DNA of 64,000 nucleotides from Marsupella aquatica (taxonomy: Eukaryota > Plantae > Marchantiophyta). The stretch is from assembly GCA_973895155.1 (NCBI GenBank), contig OZ316891.1, positions 2,677,701 through 2,741,700 of the forward strand. The letters are read 5' to 3'. The position numbers were made by a program, and so were the translations under genes. Every line of letters starts with the position of its first letter. Positions within the stretch are counted from its first letter, which is position 1. Below are positions 61,541 to 64,000 of this stretch, one piece after another. The notes below the pieces were generated by a model. That model was not told the origin of the DNA. It did no database searches and saw nothing but the letters and a program-made list of their open reading frames with translations.

Positions 61541-62349
61541 ACGCCAGATACCGATCCCCAAAAATTCCCATGAAAAACATCGATATGGTACCTATTATTC
61601 TTTACAGTATTTTAAATGCCACTAAAAGTATCCGGATATTTGTTGATCCGTTGGGAGCTGTAGGCTCGGATGGGATCTCCATTCCAAAAGGGTTGTTTGG
61701 ATAGGATTCCTAATCTTGCATGGAATTATTTTATTGACAAGTGCATTTCAACTGGGATAACATGAATCTCGAGTAAATATCTTCGACCTATATACAAAGA
61801 ACATTTTAGGATACTATTAGAGTCCAAAGGTTTGGATGGAGATCCCATGCGAGCTTGTGACTCCTTTCTAGGAGTGTGAGATTTTTTATTCCTGAAAAGG
61901 AAACCTGAAGCCGCATAACTGCCTTGAGGGCAAAACCTTCCGTTATTATTTTGTTAAAAAACAGTAGTTCCTTCCAATTATCAACCGCCTGTGACTCAAA
62001 CAACATGATTGAGCAAAATCTGGATTGCTATTAACCAGTGAAATACATGCCACAGCCTAGGAGTATGCATGCAGTTTTCTTTTGTTTTGGTTCTGGGGTA
62101 AAGTGGTGGGTGCCCTAACTGTGGCTCCAAAACCATTATTAATCAACACTAGGAAGATGCAAAACTTAGCACACCAGAAGCCAAAATGTATTGTAAAGAA
62201 TGGACATTTTTCAGGCTAAGTTGAAGACACCACATGATATGCATCTATCAACTAACAATACATGAGGTAATGATACGACCCCAAAATGCTAAGGTTGTAA
62301 CTAAGAGCTGAATCTACTAACTAACCCTGCAAAATTCTCCTTCCTGTAC

Positions 62350-62644
62350 TACCTGCTACCACGTGGTGAGGCGCCATTGGCTGCGGGCTTATTTTCAGTC
62401 CCCCCTTCCTGTGTTGCCAGCCAAAAATTCCAGGTCAAAAAAGTGCAGCCACACTCTGCTGCAGCATTAAAATAATGAGACCCTGAAGCGAATTCACTCA
62501 TAGCAACAAAAAAAACATACATTTTCTTTTACAAAACAATTTTTCCTACAAATGGACATTTTTTGAAATTTTTCCCATGAGGAAGAGGGAGATAACCAAG
62601 TTGATCCGCAGCCAGTGGCATCTTGCCATGTGGCAGTAGGAGGC
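62350..62644. mobile_element. MITE (~295 bp) with ~35-bp TIRs
   Basis: Left CCTGCTACCACGTGGTGAGGCGCCATTGGCTGCGG (62352-62386); reverse complement of right arm CCTACTGCCACATGGCAAGATGCCACTGGCTGCGG (62606-62640); all differences are transitions. CCTGTAC repeated on both flanks (62343-62349, 62645-62651) is a candidate TSD. Confidence 0.75.
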
Positions 62645-64000
62645 CCTGTACATCATTGAGACAGAAGTTGAGTTATGAGTCCTGAGGCAATACTAACCCA
62701 TATACAAAATGGGGGTCAGGTTAGTAAATAAAATTGTTGACAGCACACCTTAGTGCATTCAGGTAATTTGGGGGGCAGGTTATTATTTTTATTTATTTTT
62801 TCAAAAACTTTCCTCACTTTATTGAAAAACAGGGCGAACACCGGAACAACCAAACATCTATCTGAGAGCAGGAGACAGGAGAAAACCAAACAAAAATAAG
62901 GGGAGCTGAAAGAAGGAGCATCCCCAGAGAAAGAAGAAAGAGGTCCAACCAATCCTGGGGGGCAGGTTATTAAAATCTGAAAAGTGAAATGCCTGGTATA
63001 GTCATAAGTAAACCACATAGGAAGGTCATGAAAAGGAATTTGTATAGAAATCCTAAAACCAACAGCCTCGGCCAATTCCAAGCAAGAAACTTCTAGAATG
63101 CTCCACCTTTTGAAATCACTTAAATGTTATTTGCAGTCTCCTCAAACACATGGCAGAAACTTATCTACTATAGGAAGCTATAGAAGCTATGGAGAAAGGC
63201 CATGTCAAGCCAAGCTACTGAGCAAGCAGACTGCAAGTGATTTATCTATTGGTTTGGTGTTTTTCTTCTTTTGCAATGTGATACAGATCTACTTAATATG
63301 ATTGTTGAATAAAGAGAAGTAGAGAGAACAATTTAATTTACAGACAAATTAGACCTATCATTCAAGTTAAGTTGTATGGCTAGGTGGTGCATTTATTTTA
63401 AAGATGTTTTCCGACTTAGTTGCAGAAACAAGTTTGCAATTATTTTAATTCTTAGCTGCCTCACAGTGACTGTTGCGACAAATTGGATCACTCATGCATG
63501 GTTAAGGTACTTTTATTTTGTGAGAAATTTCAGAAAATGTGAACAAAAAGGATCATAGATTTTAAAAAATAGATATTCTTTACTCCCCTTTATGAGTCTC
63601 CGCTTTTGCGTGATTATATTCAGGTTTGACCCTTCATGTCCTTTAGTAGTGTGATGTAATTTAAGATTTGAAGAATCATCACGCAGAATACCAAAAAACA
63701 AAGGAGAATAACGTGTTTGCATAGCCCTTGATATATTTAAATTGGAAAATAAAACTCATACTGTTTACATACCCGTACATTAGTTGTGCTACAGTTGTTC
63801 ATTAGAGAGAGTCAACTCATGTACCAGCTGTTCTCGAGATGTAGTGAGGAAATCATATACCAAACCGACAAAAAACAAAAGCATCAACCCGTCAGACAAG
63901 GGGGGGGGGGGGGGTTGGGAGCAGTGGATCACTGAATGGAGGGCCATACCCATGTGCCATAGGGTTTGACCACCTATCTTGTAAGAAAAAATGTGTTACC

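Overview
Eukaryotic, intron-containing land-plant DNA, most likely a non-seed plant (liverwort/bryophyte-like; inferred, not proven). Four intact genes were reconstructed by hand with GT-AG junctions and frame continuity: a PMI1-related gene (PMIR; NT-C2 domain plus C-terminal LysM-like motif; 7250-12273,+), ribophorin II/RPN2 (19 exons; 22997-29443,+), a GH16 xyloglucan endotransglucosylase/hydrolase (46147-49968,+) and a plastidial pyruvate kinase alpha-type subunit (53839-57512,-). The intergenic DNA holds a tRNA-derived SINE with a TSD, two solo LTRs of one family in opposite orientation, several MITE/TIR elements and many tandem repeats. It also holds decayed genes missed by the ORF track: an NB-ARC (NLR-like) pseudogene (~19240-20520,-), a probable LRR-ROC(-COR) Roco/TORNADO1-like pseudogene (~33000-37720,-) and a decayed duplicate of the RPN2 promoter/5' end. 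No CRISPR, rRNA or intact tRNA was found. I found no clearly new biological system. The best leads are the immune-type pseudogenes, the strand-biased CpG decay in the RPN2 duplicate and the altered substrate cleft of the XTH.
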